Of a DNA stretch of 64,000 bases, positions 47,947-60,643 are shown in pieces. The stretch spans positions 178,656 through 242,655 of the forward strand of contig CAWARY010000005.1 in assembly GCA_963784645.1 (NCBI GenBank), in the 5' to 3' direction. The position numbers and the translations under genes are program-made. Positions within the stretch are counted from its first letter, which is position 1, and each line of letters begins with the position of its first letter. This DNA comes from an uncultured Actinomycetota bacterium. GTDB taxonomy: Bacteria > Actinomycetota > Actinomycetes > JACCUZ01. The notes beneath the pieces are model-generated. The model was not told the DNA's origin. It searched no databases and worked only from the letters and a program-made list of their open reading frames with translations.

Positions 47947-48879
47947 ATGTCGCAGTCCAGCTTCAACCCGTACGGCGCCGTCGACCTCTCCGCGCTCGCC
48001 CGGCCGGCCGGCGCCGCCCCGAGCGGCGCCGACGCGCCGCCAGCCGCCGGCGGGGTGGTCGTCGACGTCACCGAGGCCGACTTCCAGGCGGTGGTCCTCG
48101 AGCAGTCGTTGACCGTCCCGGTCGTCATCGACTTCTGGGCCGACTGGTGCGGGCCGTGCAAGCAGCTGAGCCCGATCCTGGAGCGCCTGGCCGCGGCCGA
48201 CGGCGGGACCTGGCTGCTCGCCAAGATCGACCTGGACGCCAACCCGCAGCTCGGGCAGGCGTTCCAGGTGCAGAGCATCCCGGCGGTCTTCGCAGTGGTG
48301 AAGGGGCAGCCCATCCCGCTGTTCCAGGGCGCGCTCCCCGAGGCGCAGGTGCGGGAGTACCTCGACGAGCTGCTGCGCGTCGCCGAGGCGAACGGCGTCA
48401 GCGGTCGCCTCTCGCTCGACGGTGCTGCTCCGCAGCAGGAGGCCCAGGAGGCACCCGAGCCGGAGTCCGACCCGCGCTATGACGAGGCGTACGACGCCAT
48501 CGAGCGCGGCGACCTCGAGGCCGCGGCCGAGGCCTACCGTGGCCTGCTGGCCGATGCCCCCGCCGACCCCGACGCCCGGGCGGGGCTGGGGCAGGTCGAG
48601 CTGCTGCGCCGGACCCAGGGTGTCGACGAGCGGGCCGCGCGCCGGACCGCTGCCGAGAGCCCCGACGACGTCGCGGCCCAGACCGCGGTCGCCGATCTCG
48701 ACCTCCTCGGCGGGCACGTCGAGGATGCCTTCACCCGCCTCGTCGACCTGGTCCGCCGGTCCTCCGGGGCCGACCGCGATGCCGCCCGGGATCACCTCGT
48801 GGGGCTCTTCGAGCTGGTGGGCAGCCAGGACGACCGGGTCGCCAAGGCCCGTACCGCGCTGGCCAACGCCTTGTTCTGA
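47947..48879 (+). CDS. Thioredoxin-domain protein with a C-terminal TPR-like domain (YbbN/CnoX-like co-chaperone)
   Basis: WADWCGPCK active site. ATG with a GGAGGA ribosome-binding site. Confidence 0.8.
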   Translation: MSQSSFNPYGAVDLSALARPAGAAPSGADAPPAAGGVVVDVTEADFQAVVLEQSLTVPVVIDFWADWCGPCKQLSPILERLAAADGGTWLLAKIDLDANPQLGQAFQVQSIPAVFAVVKGQPIPLFQGALPEAQVREYLDELLRVAEANGVSGRLSLDGAAPQQEAQEAPEPESDPRYDEAYDAIERGDLEAAAEAYRGLLADAPADPDARAGLGQVELLRRTQGVDERAARRTAAESPDDVAAQTAVADLDLLGGHVEDAFTRLVDLVRRSSGADRDAARDHLVGLFELVGSQDDRVAKARTALANALF

Positions 48880-48897
48880 CGCAGTCCGCCCCGGCAC

Positions 48898-48939
48898 GAC
48901 GAAGACCGCTCCGGCCGGAGGCGGCGAGAGCGGTCTTCG
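48898..48939. terminator. Hairpin (12-bp stem ACGAAGACCGCTC / GAGCGGTCTTCG) between the convergent trx gene and the small-peptide gene
   Basis: Read directly. Confidence 0.4.
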
Positions 48940-48972
48940 AGGTCGGGCGGGGACGCGCGAGGCGTCCGCTTC

Positions 48973-49044
48973 CTAGAACAGGAAGATGATCAGCAGGATC
49001 ACAGCGATGACGAGTGCGGCGATGGCGATGGTGCGGGTGTTCAT
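48973..49044 (-). CDS. Unannotated 23-aa hydrophobic peptide MNTRTIAIAALVIAVILLIIFLF
   Basis: A GGAG ribosome-binding site lies 6 nt upstream of the ATG. The codons are GC3-rich, typical of the host genome, and the peptide forms a single TM helix. It is too short to appear in the ORF track. Confidence 0.4.
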   Translation of the reverse strand: MNTRTIAIAALVIAVILLIIFLF

Positions 49045-49170
49045 CGGGGCTCCGTTTCGGTGTGGGGCAGGGGTGCTGGACCCCCTGTCTCCCGGGAACG
49101 TCGCGACAAACGTCCGACGGTCCATGTGCAGAGCCGCCATCGCTCCGTGTAGTGAGAGAGTCGCCTTCCG

Positions 49171-50268
49171 TCACGGGTGCGGAGAAGGTGCCCTGAGCCT
49201 CCGACCCCAGAGGTCGCTGTCGCCGTCCAGCACGCCGCGGACCACAAGCTGCCAGCCCAGCCGGGCATAGAGCCGCGGCGCCGGCCGGTCGCTGGCATAC
49301 GTCGAGAGCAGCGCGCGCTCGTGCGGAAGGTCGAGCAGCAGGGCCTCCATCAACGACCGCCCGAAGCCCCGACCCTGCGCTGCCGGGTCGACGGCGAGCT
49401 CGACCACCTCGAAGTGCCCGCCGAGCCACTCGTCGAGCACCGGGCGTGAGCCCTCCGGCGCCGTCTCCTTGAGCCGCTCGGTCCACCACATCCCGTGCTC
49501 ACCGGTGAAGCCGTAGCCGAAGCCGCGCACCACGCCCGCCTCGCGGACCAGCACCAGCCGGAACGCATCGCGTGTCGCGTGGAGCGGGAGCATGTCGGTG
49601 GCGAACCGCTCGACCTGCTCCTCGGTCTCGTCGTAGCCGGGGGCGGTGAAGGCGGCCCGGTACGCCGCCACCACCTCGTCGACGACCGCCACCGCGCCCG
49701 GCCTGTCGAGCGTCTCCAGGGCCGGCGGGTCGGCGGTGAGCTGGTACTCCCACCCCTCCTGCCAGGCGAACGGCGCGTCGACCGACGCCTCGAGGGGCCG
49801 CGCGGTCAGCAACTGGTCCAGCGCGAACCGGGTGGCGGCGTGCCCGACCAGCAGCACGCGCTCGCCGTCGTGGTCGCGGCGCAGCTCATCGAGCAGCTCG
49901 GCGACGCCGCGGACGACGTCTCGGTAGCTCTGCCCGCCCGGGTAGGGCTCGTTCACCCGGCTACGCCGCTGCGCGTGCACCACGTCGAGCGGGGCGCCGG
50001 TCAGGTCGCCGAAGTCGACCTCGCGCAGGCGGGCGTCGGTGCGCACCGGCGGGCCGTCGTCGCTGAACGCCACCTCGACGGTCCGCGCCGCGCGGTGCAG
50101 GTCGGACGTGACGACCAGGTCGATCCCGTCGTCCCGGCGCCGTCGGCCGAGGTCGCGGGCTTGCTCGACCCCGGCGGCAGACAGCTCGCCGGGCAGCCAG
50201 CCGGTGGCCCGGCCGGCCTCGTTGTCCACCGTGGTCGCGTGCGTCTCGTAGACGAGCCGGACAGTCAT
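49171..50268 (-). CDS. Fusion protein: histidine phosphatase (phosphoglycerate-mutase family) N-domain plus GNAT acetyltransferase C-domain
   Basis: The N-terminus LVYETHATTVDNEAGRATGW...LVVTSDLHRAARTV has the RHG-like core. The C-terminus ...ELAVDPAAQGRGFGRSLMEALL is a GNAT motif A. Confidence 0.7.
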   Translation of the reverse strand: MTVRLVYETHATTVDNEAGRATGWLPGELSAAGVEQARDLGRRRRDDGIDLVVTSDLHRAARTVEVAFSDDGPPVRTDARLREVDFGDLTGAPLDVVHAQRRSRVNEPYPGGQSYRDVVRGVAELLDELRRDHDGERVLLVGHAATRFALDQLLTARPLEASVDAPFAWQEGWEYQLTADPPALETLDRPGAVAVVDEVVAAYRAAFTAPGYDETEEQVERFATDMLPLHATRDAFRLVLVREAGVVRGFGYGFTGEHGMWWTERLKETAPEGSRPVLDEWLGGHFEVVELAVDPAAQGRGFGRSLMEALLLDLPHERALLSTYASDRPAPRLYARLGWQLVVRGVLDGDSDLWGRRLRAPSPHP

Positions 50269-50280
50269 GCAGAGCGTCGG

Positions 50281-52566
<2,286 letters not shown>

Positions 52567-52571
52567 GCTGC

Positions 52572-53966
52572 TCACTCCTCGGTCGCGGCGAGTCTGTGGA
52601 TCGCCGCCATGGGGATCTCCAGCCAGGTCGGGCGGTTGCGGGCCTCGTAGAGGACCTCGTAGACCGCCTTGTCGGTCTCGAACGCCCTGAGCAGGACGGT
52701 CTGCGCGCGCGGGTCGGTGCCGCCCGCGCGGGCGTAGCCCTCGCAGAAGGCGTCCCGGTTGTGACCTGCCCACTCAGCGGCGCGGTACTCGCGCTGCGGG
52801 TCGTGGGGGTGGTCGGCGAGCAGGTGGCGCGCGGCGTAGTCGAAGGACCGCAGCATGCCGGCGACGTCCTTGAGCGGTGACTCCAGCCCACGACGCTCGG
52901 CGAGCGGCCGGGCCGGCTCGCCCTCGAAGTCGAGCAGCTTCCAGCCGTCCAGGGTCCGCATCACCTGGCCGAGGTGGTAGTCGCCGTGCACCCGCTGCAC
53001 GCCCACCGGGTGGTCGAGCGCCGCGACGTCGTCGAACGCGCTCTGCAGAGCCGCGACGTACGGCGCCAGCTCGTCGACCTCGGCCGCCGCCCGCTCGAGC
53101 CGGCCCTTCATGGCCTCGGCGAGCGCCGCCAGCTCCTTGCCGTCGAGCGTGCCGGTGGGGAGGACCGCGGCGAGCGCCAGGTGCACCTCGGCGGTCGCCG
53201 CACCGAGGCGCTGCGACTCGCCCGCGAAGTCGCCGCCCACCTCGTGCGCGTGCAGGTCGGCCTCGGCGTAGAGGTCGCGGACGCTGGTCAGCGCCAGCTC
53301 CCACCCGTCGGTCGCGTCCCGGAGGAACGTCTGTGCCATGGCGAGGCTGGCCGTCACAGGGCTGCCCTCCGGGCCCGGCCAGGTGCCCTCGACCCAGCCC
53401 AGCGGGGTGGCGATGTGCGTGCTGCCGGCAGCGGCCAGCGCGGAGTGGACCTCGATGTCGGGGTTGACCCCCGGGGACACCTTCCGGAACACCTTGAGGA
53501 TCACCGTGTCGCCGAAGATGACCGAGGTGTTGCTCTGCTCGGCACCGACCACGATGGACGGGCCGCCCGGGGGCAGCTCGGACAGGGCGGGGTCGCGGTG
53601 GAAGGCGATGCCCGGCACGCTGACCTCGCCGTCGATGCCGTCGATCCAGTGCACCGTCGCGTCCTTGTCGTGCAGTGCGTCGTAGAGGTGCCGGAGCCGG
53701 CCGTCGGCGTCGGTCTCCTCACCGACGAACGCGTGGGCGAGATGCTCCTGCGTGCTGTCGTAGGCCACGAGTGGCAGCTGGTAGGTCTCGGTGTCGCCGT
53801 CCTCGTAGGTGACGGTGACGAAGTCGATCCGGGTGTCGGCCGACGGCCGGCCCACGGTCGCGGTCCCCGTGACCTCCCAGGCCCGGCCCTTCCCCGCGAA
53901 CCACCTCTGGTGGCTCAGGTAGGACGTCAGGTCCAGGGCGTGTCCGGGAGCGGCCGGGGCAGACAT
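52572..53966 (-). CDS. mak: Maltokinase (maltose 1-phosphate-forming)
   Basis: 464 aa, [28 protein letters not shown]..., Pep2-like. The start overlaps the treS stop. Confidence 0.8.
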   Translation of the reverse strand: MSAPAAPGHALDLTSYLSHQRWFAGKGRAWEVTGTATVGRPSADTRIDFVTVTYEDGDTETYQLPLVAYDSTQEHLAHAFVGEETDADGRLRHLYDALHDKDATVHWIDGIDGEVSVPGIAFHRDPALSELPPGGPSIVVGAEQSNTSVIFGDTVILKVFRKVSPGVNPDIEVHSALAAAGSTHIATPLGWVEGTWPGPEGSPVTASLAMAQTFLRDATDGWELALTSVRDLYAEADLHAHEVGGDFAGESQRLGAATAEVHLALAAVLPTGTLDGKELAALAEAMKGRLERAAAEVDELAPYVAALQSAFDDVAALDHPVGVQRVHGDYHLGQVMRTLDGWKLLDFEGEPARPLAERRGLESPLKDVAGMLRSFDYAARHLLADHPHDPQREYRAAEWAGHNRDAFCEGYARAGGTDPRAQTVLLRAFETDKAVYEVLYEARNRPTWLEIPMAAIHRLAATEE

Positions 53967-55699
53967 CAGCGGTCTCCTTCCGGAGGGGTCAGCCGGAACC
54001 AGTAGAAGCCGTGGCCGGCCAGGGTGAGCAGGTAGGGCAGCTCGCCGATCTGGGGGAAGTGCACGGTGCCGAGCAGCTCGACCGGGGTCCACGCCTCCCA
54101 GCGGCGCAGATCGAGCTCGACCGGCTGCGGGAAGCGGGAGAGGTTGTTGACGCAGAGGACGACGTCGTCACCGAAGGCGCGCACGAACGACAGGACGCTC
54201 GGGTTGGAGCCACCCAGGTCCTCCCAGCTGCCGAGGCCGAAGGCGGGGTTCTGCTTGCGGACCTCGATCATGCGCCGGGTCCAGTGCAGCAGGGAGGTCG
54301 AGCTGCCCAGCTGTGCCTCGACGTTGGTGACTGCGTGGCCGTAGATCGGGTCCATGATCGCGGGCAGGAACAGCTGACCCGGGTTGGAGGTCGAGAAGCC
54401 GGCGTTGCGGTCCGGCGTCCACTGCATCGGGGTGCGGACGCCGTCGCGGTCGCCGAGCCAGATGTTGTCGCCCATCCCGATCTCGTCGCCGTAGTACAGG
54501 ACCGGGGAGCCGGGCAGGGAGAGCAGCAGGGCGGTGAACAGCTCCAGCTGGTTGCGGTCGTTGTCCAGCAGCGGGGCCAGCCGGCGCCGGATGCCGATGT
54601 TGGCCTTCATGCGGGGGTCCTTGGCGTACTCGCCCCACATGTAGTCGCGTTCCTCGTCGGTGACCATCTCGAGGGTCAGCTCGTCGTGGTTGCGCAGGAA
54701 GATGCCCCACTGGCAGCTGTCCGGGATCGTCGGCGTCTGGGCCATGATCTCCGAGATCGGGTAACGCGACTCGCGCCGGACACCCATGAACAGCCGCGGC
54801 ATCACCGGGAAGTGGAAGGCCATCTGGCACTCGTCGCCGTCGTCGCCGAAGTACTCGACCACGTCGCCCGGCCACTGGTTCGCCTCGCAGAGCATCACCC
54901 GGTCGGGGTACTGCGCGTCGACCTCCTTGCGCACCCGCTTGAGCATCTCGTGGGTGCGGGGGAGGTTCTCGCAGTTGGTCCCCTCCTCCTCGAACAGGTA
55001 GGGCACGGCGTCGAGCCGGAACCCGTCGATGCCGAGGTCGAGCCAGAACTTCAGCGCCTCGATGATCGCGTCCTGCACGGAAGGGTTCTCGAAGTTGAGG
55101 TCCGGCTGGTGGCTGAAGAACCGGTGCCAGAAGTACTGCTTGCGCACCGGGTCGAACGTCCAGTTGGAGGACTCGGTGTCGACGAAGATGATCCGCGCGT
55201 CGGCGTAGCCCTCGTCGTCGTCGGCCCAGACGTAGAAGTCGCCGAACGGGCCGTCGGGGTCGGTGCGGGACGCCTGGAACCAGGCGTGCTGGTCCGACGT
55301 GTGGTTCATGACGAAGTCGATGATCACGCGGATGCCGCGCTCGTGCGCCGCGTCGACGAACTGCACGAAGTCGCCCAGCGTGCCGAACTCCGGCAGGACG
55401 TCGGTGTAGTCGGCGACGTCGTACCCGCCGTCGCGCAGTGGCGACTTGAAGAACGGCGGCAGCCAGATGCAGTCGACGCCGAGCCACTGGATGTAGTCGA
55501 GCTTCTCCATCAGCCCGAGCAGGTCGCCGTTGCCGTCTCCGTTGCTGTCCTTGAACGACCGGACCAGGACCTCGTAGAAGACGGCGCGCTTGTACCAGTG
55601 CGGGTCACGCTCCGCCTCGGGCAGGTCCGCGAAGTTGTCGATCGCGTGCGGCTCGTGGGAGGCGTGGGCTGGGTGCAGGTCCGGCGTCGCCTCGGTCAC
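53966..55699 (-). CDS. treS: Trehalose synthase (maltose alpha-D-glucosyltransferase)
   Basis: GH13, about 577 aa. The GTG start overlaps the glgE stop (GTGA). Confidence 0.9.
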   Translation of the reverse strand: MTEATPDLHPAHASHEPHAIDNFADLPEAERDPHWYKRAVFYEVLVRSFKDSNGDGNGDLLGLMEKLDYIQWLGVDCIWLPPFFKSPLRDGGYDVADYTDVLPEFGTLGDFVQFVDAAHERGIRVIIDFVMNHTSDQHAWFQASRTDPDGPFGDFYVWADDDEGYADARIIFVDTESSNWTFDPVRKQYFWHRFFSHQPDLNFENPSVQDAIIEALKFWLDLGIDGFRLDAVPYLFEEEGTNCENLPRTHEMLKRVRKEVDAQYPDRVMLCEANQWPGDVVEYFGDDGDECQMAFHFPVMPRLFMGVRRESRYPISEIMAQTPTIPDSCQWGIFLRNHDELTLEMVTDEERDYMWGEYAKDPRMKANIGIRRRLAPLLDNDRNQLELFTALLLSLPGSPVLYYGDEIGMGDNIWLGDRDGVRTPMQWTPDRNAGFSTSNPGQLFLPAIMDPIYGHAVTNVEAQLGSSTSLLHWTRRMIEVRKQNPAFGLGSWEDLGGSNPSVLSFVRAFGDDVVLCVNNLSRFPQPVELDLRRWEAWTPVELLGTVHFPQIGELPYLLTLAGHGFYWFRLTPPEGDR

Positions 55700-57699
55700 T
55701 GGGCCGCTCCGACCTCGCGTCCGCGACGCTCCACGCGGAACACGTGGGCGGGCTCCCAGAAGGGGTCCAGCCGAACGTAGTTCGCCTGGCCCCAGACGTA
55801 CGTCTCGCCGCCGATCTCGTCGTGCACGGCCATGGTGTCGTCCCACTCCATCCCCAGTGCCGGCATGTCCAGCCGCACCGTCGTCTCGCGGGCCCCGTGC
55901 GGATCGAGGTTCACCACCACCAGAACGGTGTCGGTGTGGTGGCCGTCGCCACCGGTGACGGTCTTCGAGTAGCAGATGATCTGGTCGCTGTCGGTGTGGT
56001 GGAAGTGCAGGTTGCGCAGCTGCTGCAGCGCGGGGTGCTGGCGGCGCAGCTCGTTGAGCCGCGTGAGGTACGGCGCGAGCGTGCGCCCCTCGGACTCGGC
56101 GGCCGCCCAGTCACGCGGTCGCAGCTGGAACTTCTCGGTGTCGAGGTACTCCTCGCTGCCCGGTCGCAGCGCCACGTGCTCGAACAGCTCGAAGCCGGCG
56201 TAGATGCCGTAGGTGGGTGACAGGGTCGCGGCGAGCACGGCCCGGATCCGGAACGCCGGCGGGCCGCCGTACTGCAGGTAGGCGTGCAGGATGTCGGGGG
56301 TGTTGGTGAAGAAGTTGGGCCGCAGGAAGTGGCCGGTCTCGGTGGTGAGCTCGTTGAGGTACTCCTCGAGCTCCCACTTCTCGTTGCGCCAGGTGAAGTA
56401 GGTGTAGCTCTGGTGGAACCCGACCTTCGCGAGGGCGTGCATCATCGCGGGCCGGGTGAACGCCTCGGCGAGGAACAGGACGTCGGGGTCGGTCTTGCGG
56501 ACCTCGCCGAGCAGCCACTCCCAGAAGCTGACCGGCTTCGTGTGCGGGTTGTCGACGCGGAAGATGCGGACACCGAGGTCCATCCACGTGCGCACGATGC
56601 GCAGCACCTCGGCGTAGATGCCGTCGGGGTCGCGGTCGAAGTTGACCGGGTAGATGTCCTGGTACTTCTTCGGCGGGTTCTCGGCGTAGGCGATGGTGCC
56701 GTCGGCGAGCTCGGTGAACCACTCGGGGTGCGTCGTGACCCACGGGTGGTCGGGCGTGGCCTGCAGCGCGAGGTCGAGGGCGACCTCCATGCCGAGGTCG
56801 TTGGTCTTCTTCACGAAGGCGACGAAGTCCTTCTCGGTGCCGAGGTCCGGGTGGATGGCGTCGTGGCCGCCCTCCGGCGCGCCGATCGCCCACGGCGAGC
56901 CGACGTCGTCCGGCCCGGGGGTGAGCGTGTTGTTGGGGCCCTTGCGGTTCGTCGTGCCGATCGGGTGGATCGGGGGCAGGTAGACGACGTCGAAGCCCAT
57001 CGCCTGCACGGCCGGCAGCCGCTCGGCAGCCGTCGCGAAGGTGCCGGAGCGGAGCACGCCGTTCGCGTCGGGCGCCGCCCCCTCGGACCGCGGGAAGAAC
57101 TCGTACCAGCTGCCGTACAGGGCCCGCTCGCGGTCCACCCACAGCGGCATCCGTTCGGTGCCGGACACCATCTCGCGCAGCGGGAACTCCGCGAGCGTGG
57201 CCAGCACCTCCGCGGCGTCGGCCGCGGCGAGCCGGGCGGGGACCGGCCGCGACGTGTCGCGCAGCGCGGTCACGGCGTCGAGCAGGGCGCGGCGGCCGGG
57301 AGCGGGCCGGGACGAGGCGGCTGCCCGCTCGTGGACCCGGGCGCCCTCCTCGAGCATGAGCTCGACGTCGACCCCGGCGTCGATCTTGATGTGGGCGTCG
57401 TGCTGCCAGGTGGCGACCGGGTCGCTCCAGCCCTCGACCGCGAAGGTCCAGCGGCCCTCGCTCGTCGGGGTGACCCCGGCCGCCCACCGGTCGGTGCCGG
57501 GGGCGCCGGGGGACATCGGCGTATAGGGCCCCTTGCGACCCTGCGGGTCGCGCAGCACCACGTTGGCGTTGACCATGTCGTGCCCCTCGCGGAACACGGT
57601 CGCGGAGACGGTGAACGTCTCGCCGACGACAGCCTTGGCCGGCCAGCGGCCGCCGGAGACGACGGGCTGGACGTCGAGGATGGGGATGCGTCCGATCAT
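55696..57699 (-). CDS. glgE: Alpha-1,4-glucan:maltose-1-phosphate maltosyltransferase
   Basis: About 667 aa from [24 protein letters not shown]. The upstream in-frame extension is GC-rich noise. Confidence 0.9.
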   Translation of the reverse strand: MIGRIPILDVQPVVSGGRWPAKAVVGETFTVSATVFREGHDMVNANVVLRDPQGRKGPYTPMSPGAPGTDRWAAGVTPTSEGRWTFAVEGWSDPVATWQHDAHIKIDAGVDVELMLEEGARVHERAAASSRPAPGRRALLDAVTALRDTSRPVPARLAAADAAEVLATLAEFPLREMVSGTERMPLWVDRERALYGSWYEFFPRSEGAAPDANGVLRSGTFATAAERLPAVQAMGFDVVYLPPIHPIGTTNRKGPNNTLTPGPDDVGSPWAIGAPEGGHDAIHPDLGTEKDFVAFVKKTNDLGMEVALDLALQATPDHPWVTTHPEWFTELADGTIAYAENPPKKYQDIYPVNFDRDPDGIYAEVLRIVRTWMDLGVRIFRVDNPHTKPVSFWEWLLGEVRKTDPDVLFLAEAFTRPAMMHALAKVGFHQSYTYFTWRNEKWELEEYLNELTTETGHFLRPNFFTNTPDILHAYLQYGGPPAFRIRAVLAATLSPTYGIYAGFELFEHVALRPGSEEYLDTEKFQLRPRDWAAAESEGRTLAPYLTRLNELRRQHPALQQLRNLHFHHTDSDQIICYSKTVTGGDGHHTDTVLVVVNLDPHGARETTVRLDMPALGMEWDDTMAVHDEIGGETYVWGQANYVRLDPFWEPAHVFRVERRGREVGAAQ

Positions 57700-57907
57700 C
57701 GGGCACGAACCTACCCACGCAGCACGCTGCTGCACACTCCGCGTCCGTCTCGTCCCGACAGCCGTCCGGCCGGCACCGGACCGTGGCCGGCGGTGCGAGG
57801 TCCCTCCTCGGTCGACCGGGCGACCGCCTGGTGCGGGTGCACCACGGGGCGTCCGCGGGGCGGGCACGTGGACCGAGCGGCCCCGGCCGCCGACTATCCT
57901 CCGGCCG

Positions 57908-60526
57908 GTGAAGGCGATCCGACGGTTCACCGTCCGTACCGTGCTGCCCCCCGCTCTGGCCCCGCTCGGCGAGCTGGCGCTGAACCTGCGCTGGTCGTGG
58001 GACACCGCGACCCAGCAGCTGTTCGAGGGGCTGGACCCGGTCCTGTGGGAGGAGGTCGGCGGCGACCCGGTGCAGCTGCTCGGCGCGCTCGGCCCGGAGC
58101 GGCTCGCCGCCCTGGGGCAGGACCAGGCCGTGGTCGGGCGGGTCCAGGCGGTCGCGAACGACCTGCGGGCCTACCTCGAGGGCGATCGCTGGTACCAGGG
58201 CGTCGCGGCGGCGGCGACCGGCGTCGACGACGCCGTGCCCGAGGCCATCGCCTACTTCTCGCCGGAGTACGGCATCGCCGCGGCGCTGCCGCAGTACTCC
58301 GGCGGCCTCGGGATCCTCGCCGGCGACCACCTCAAGGCGGCCTCGGACCTGGGTGTGCCGATCGTGGCCGTGGGCCTGCTGTACCGCTCCGGCTACTTCG
58401 CCCAGTCGCTGTCCCGCGAGGGGTGGCAGCAGGAGCGCTACCCGGTGCTGGACCCCGACGGCCTGCCGATCTCGCTGCTGCGCGAGGCCGGCGGCGAGCC
58501 GCTCAAGGTGCAGGTGGGCCTGCCCGGCGAACGTCGGCTGGTGGCGCAGGTCTGGAAGGCGCAGGTCGGCCGCGTGCCGTTGCTGCTGCTGGACTCCGAC
58601 GTCGAGGACAACGCCCCCGCCGAGCGGGAGGTCACCGACCGGCTGTACGGCGGTGGCAGCGAGCACCGACTCCTCCAGGAGATGCTGCTCGGCATCGGCG
58701 GCGTCCGGGCCCTGCGCGCGTTCAGCCGACTGACCGGCGCACCGGCGCCGACGGTGTTCCACACCAACGAGGGTCATGCGGGCTTCCTCGGCGTCGAGCG
58801 GATCCGCGAGCTCACTGAGGCCCACGGCCTGTCGTTCGACGAGGCCGTCGAGGCCGCCCGGTCGGCGACGCTGTTCACCACCCACACGCCCGTGCCCGCC
58901 GGCATCGACCGGTTCGCCCGCGACCTGGTCGCCCAGCACTTCGGCGGCGACAACGCCGCCCCCGGCGTGCCGGTCGACCGGGTGCTCGCGCTCGGCGCCG
59001 AGGACTACGAGGGCGGCGACCCGTCGGTCTTCAACATGGCCGTCATGGGCTTCCGGCTCGCGCAGCGCGCCAACGGCGTCTCCGAGCTGCACGGCCACGT
59101 CGCCCGGGAGATGTTCGCGCGGCTCTGGCCAGGCTTCGACGAGCCCGAGGTGCCGATCGGGTACATCACCAACGGCGTGCACGCCCCGACCTGGGTCGCG
59201 CCGGAGGTGCTCGAGCTGGCCGGCCCCGAGCTGGTCGAGAACCCGACCGAGCAGTCCGCCTGGGACGACGTCTCGCAGGTGTCCGACGCCGACATCTGGT
59301 CGGTGCGCGGCCTGCTGCGGGGCCGCCTGGTCGCCGACGCCCGCCGGCGGGTCCGGTACTCGTGGGTGCAGCGCGGTGCCAGCGAGGCCGAGCTGGGCTG
59401 GGTCGACAAGATCCTCGACCCCGAGGTGCTGACGATCGGTTTCGCGCGCCGGGTGCCGTCGTACAAGCGGCTCACGCTCATGATGCGCGACGAGGAGCGC
59501 CTCACCGCGCTGCTCACGCACCCGGAGCGCCCGATCCAGATCGTGGTCGCCGGCAAGGCGCACCCGGCTGACGACGGTGGCAAGAAGCTCATCCAGGAGC
59601 TGGTGCGTTTCGCGGACGCTCACGGCGTCCGCGACCGGATCGTCTTCCTGCCGAACTACGACATCGCGATGGCGCAGACCCTCTACCCGGGCTGCGACGT
59701 CTGGCTCAACAACCCGCTGCGCCCGCTCGAGGCGTGTGGCACGTCCGGCATGAAGGCGGCCCTCAACGGCTGCCTCAACCTGTCGGTGCTCGACGGCTGG
59801 TGGGACGAGTGGTTCGACGGCCACAACGGCTGGGCGATCCCCACCGCAGACGGTGTCACCGATGCCGACCACCGCGACGACCTCGAGGCGGCGGCGCTCT
59901 ACGACCTTCTCGAGAAGACGGTCTCGCCGTTGTTCTACGACCGCGACCAGCAGGGGCTGCCGGCCAGGTGGATCGAGATGGTCCGGCACACCCTGCAGAC
60001 CCTCGGCCCGAAGGTGCTCGCCACCCGGATGGTCCGCGACTACGTGGTCGGCCTGTACGCCCCGGCGTACCGCTCGGGTCGCGCGCTGGACGGCGGCTAC
60101 TCCGGCGCCAAGGAGCTCGCGGCGTGGAAGACCAAGGTGCGGACGGCCTGGCCGTCGGTGCGCGTCGACCACGTGGAGGCCTCCGGAGTCGACGACGCCG
60201 CCGAGGTCGGCAGCACGCTCGAGGTCCGGGCGTTCGTCTCGCTCGGCCACCTCGCGCCGGAGGACGTCGACGTGCAGGTCGTGCACGGCCGGGTCGACGA
60301 CAACGACCAGATCACCGGCACGTCGGCCGTGTCCCTGCGGCACGAGGAGGTCTACGAGGGCGGCCGGCACCGCTACGTCGGTCACCTCGTCCTGGACCGG
60401 CCCGGACCGTTCGGCTACACCGCCCGGGTCGTGCCGCACCACCGGCTCACGGCCTCCGCCGCCGAGCTCGGGCTCGCCGCGCTGCCCGCCGAGTCCGCGG
60501 GGATGGACTCCGGCGTCCTCCGCTAG
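57908..60526 (+). CDS. glgP: Alpha-glucan phosphorylase (GT35, maltodextrin/glycogen phosphorylase)
   Basis: 872 aa from a GTG start, VKAIRRFTVRTVLPPALAPLGELALNLRWSWD... Confidence 0.88.
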   Translation: MKAIRRFTVRTVLPPALAPLGELALNLRWSWDTATQQLFEGLDPVLWEEVGGDPVQLLGALGPERLAALGQDQAVVGRVQAVANDLRAYLEGDRWYQGVAAAATGVDDAVPEAIAYFSPEYGIAAALPQYSGGLGILAGDHLKAASDLGVPIVAVGLLYRSGYFAQSLSREGWQQERYPVLDPDGLPISLLREAGGEPLKVQVGLPGERRLVAQVWKAQVGRVPLLLLDSDVEDNAPAEREVTDRLYGGGSEHRLLQEMLLGIGGVRALRAFSRLTGAPAPTVFHTNEGHAGFLGVERIRELTEAHGLSFDEAVEAARSATLFTTHTPVPAGIDRFARDLVAQHFGGDNAAPGVPVDRVLALGAEDYEGGDPSVFNMAVMGFRLAQRANGVSELHGHVAREMFARLWPGFDEPEVPIGYITNGVHAPTWVAPEVLELAGPELVENPTEQSAWDDVSQVSDADIWSVRGLLRGRLVADARRRVRYSWVQRGASEAELGWVDKILDPEVLTIGFARRVPSYKRLTLMMRDEERLTALLTHPERPIQIVVAGKAHPADDGGKKLIQELVRFADAHGVRDRIVFLPNYDIAMAQTLYPGCDVWLNNPLRPLEACGTSGMKAALNGCLNLSVLDGWWDEWFDGHNGWAIPTADGVTDADHRDDLEAAALYDLLEKTVSPLFYDRDQQGLPARWIEMVRHTLQTLGPKVLATRMVRDYVVGLYAPAYRSGRALDGGYSGAKELAAWKTKVRTAWPSVRVDHVEASGVDDAAEVGSTLEVRAFVSLGHLAPEDVDVQVVHGRVDDNDQITGTSAVSLRHEEVYEGGRHRYVGHLVLDRPGPFGYTARVVPHHRLTASAAELGLAALPAESAGMDSGVLR

Positions 60527-60539
60527 CCCCACACCATCT

Positions 60540-60607
60540 CGTTTGCGACCTCACTCCCCGACACGCCGGGATGGCCGCCGGCGTGTCCGTGAGCCAGGTC
60601 GCAAACG
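60540..60607. repeat. Family-2 palindromic intergenic element, second copy
   Basis: CGTTTGCGACCTCACTCCCCGACACGCCGGG-ATGGCCG-CCGGCGTGTCCGTGAGCCAGGTCGCAAACG, lying between the glgP and glgX stops. Confidence 0.6.
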
Positions 60608-60643
60608 AGCGAGAGGGGTGGGCGGGCGGTGGGCCGCCGGACG

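Noticed and set aside
56111-60532. 1473-aa minus-strand ORF and the 56284-58818 plus ORF overlapping glgE/glgP
   Set aside because: Both are GC-driven stop-codon-free frames antisense or out of frame to unambiguous GH13/GT35 genes.
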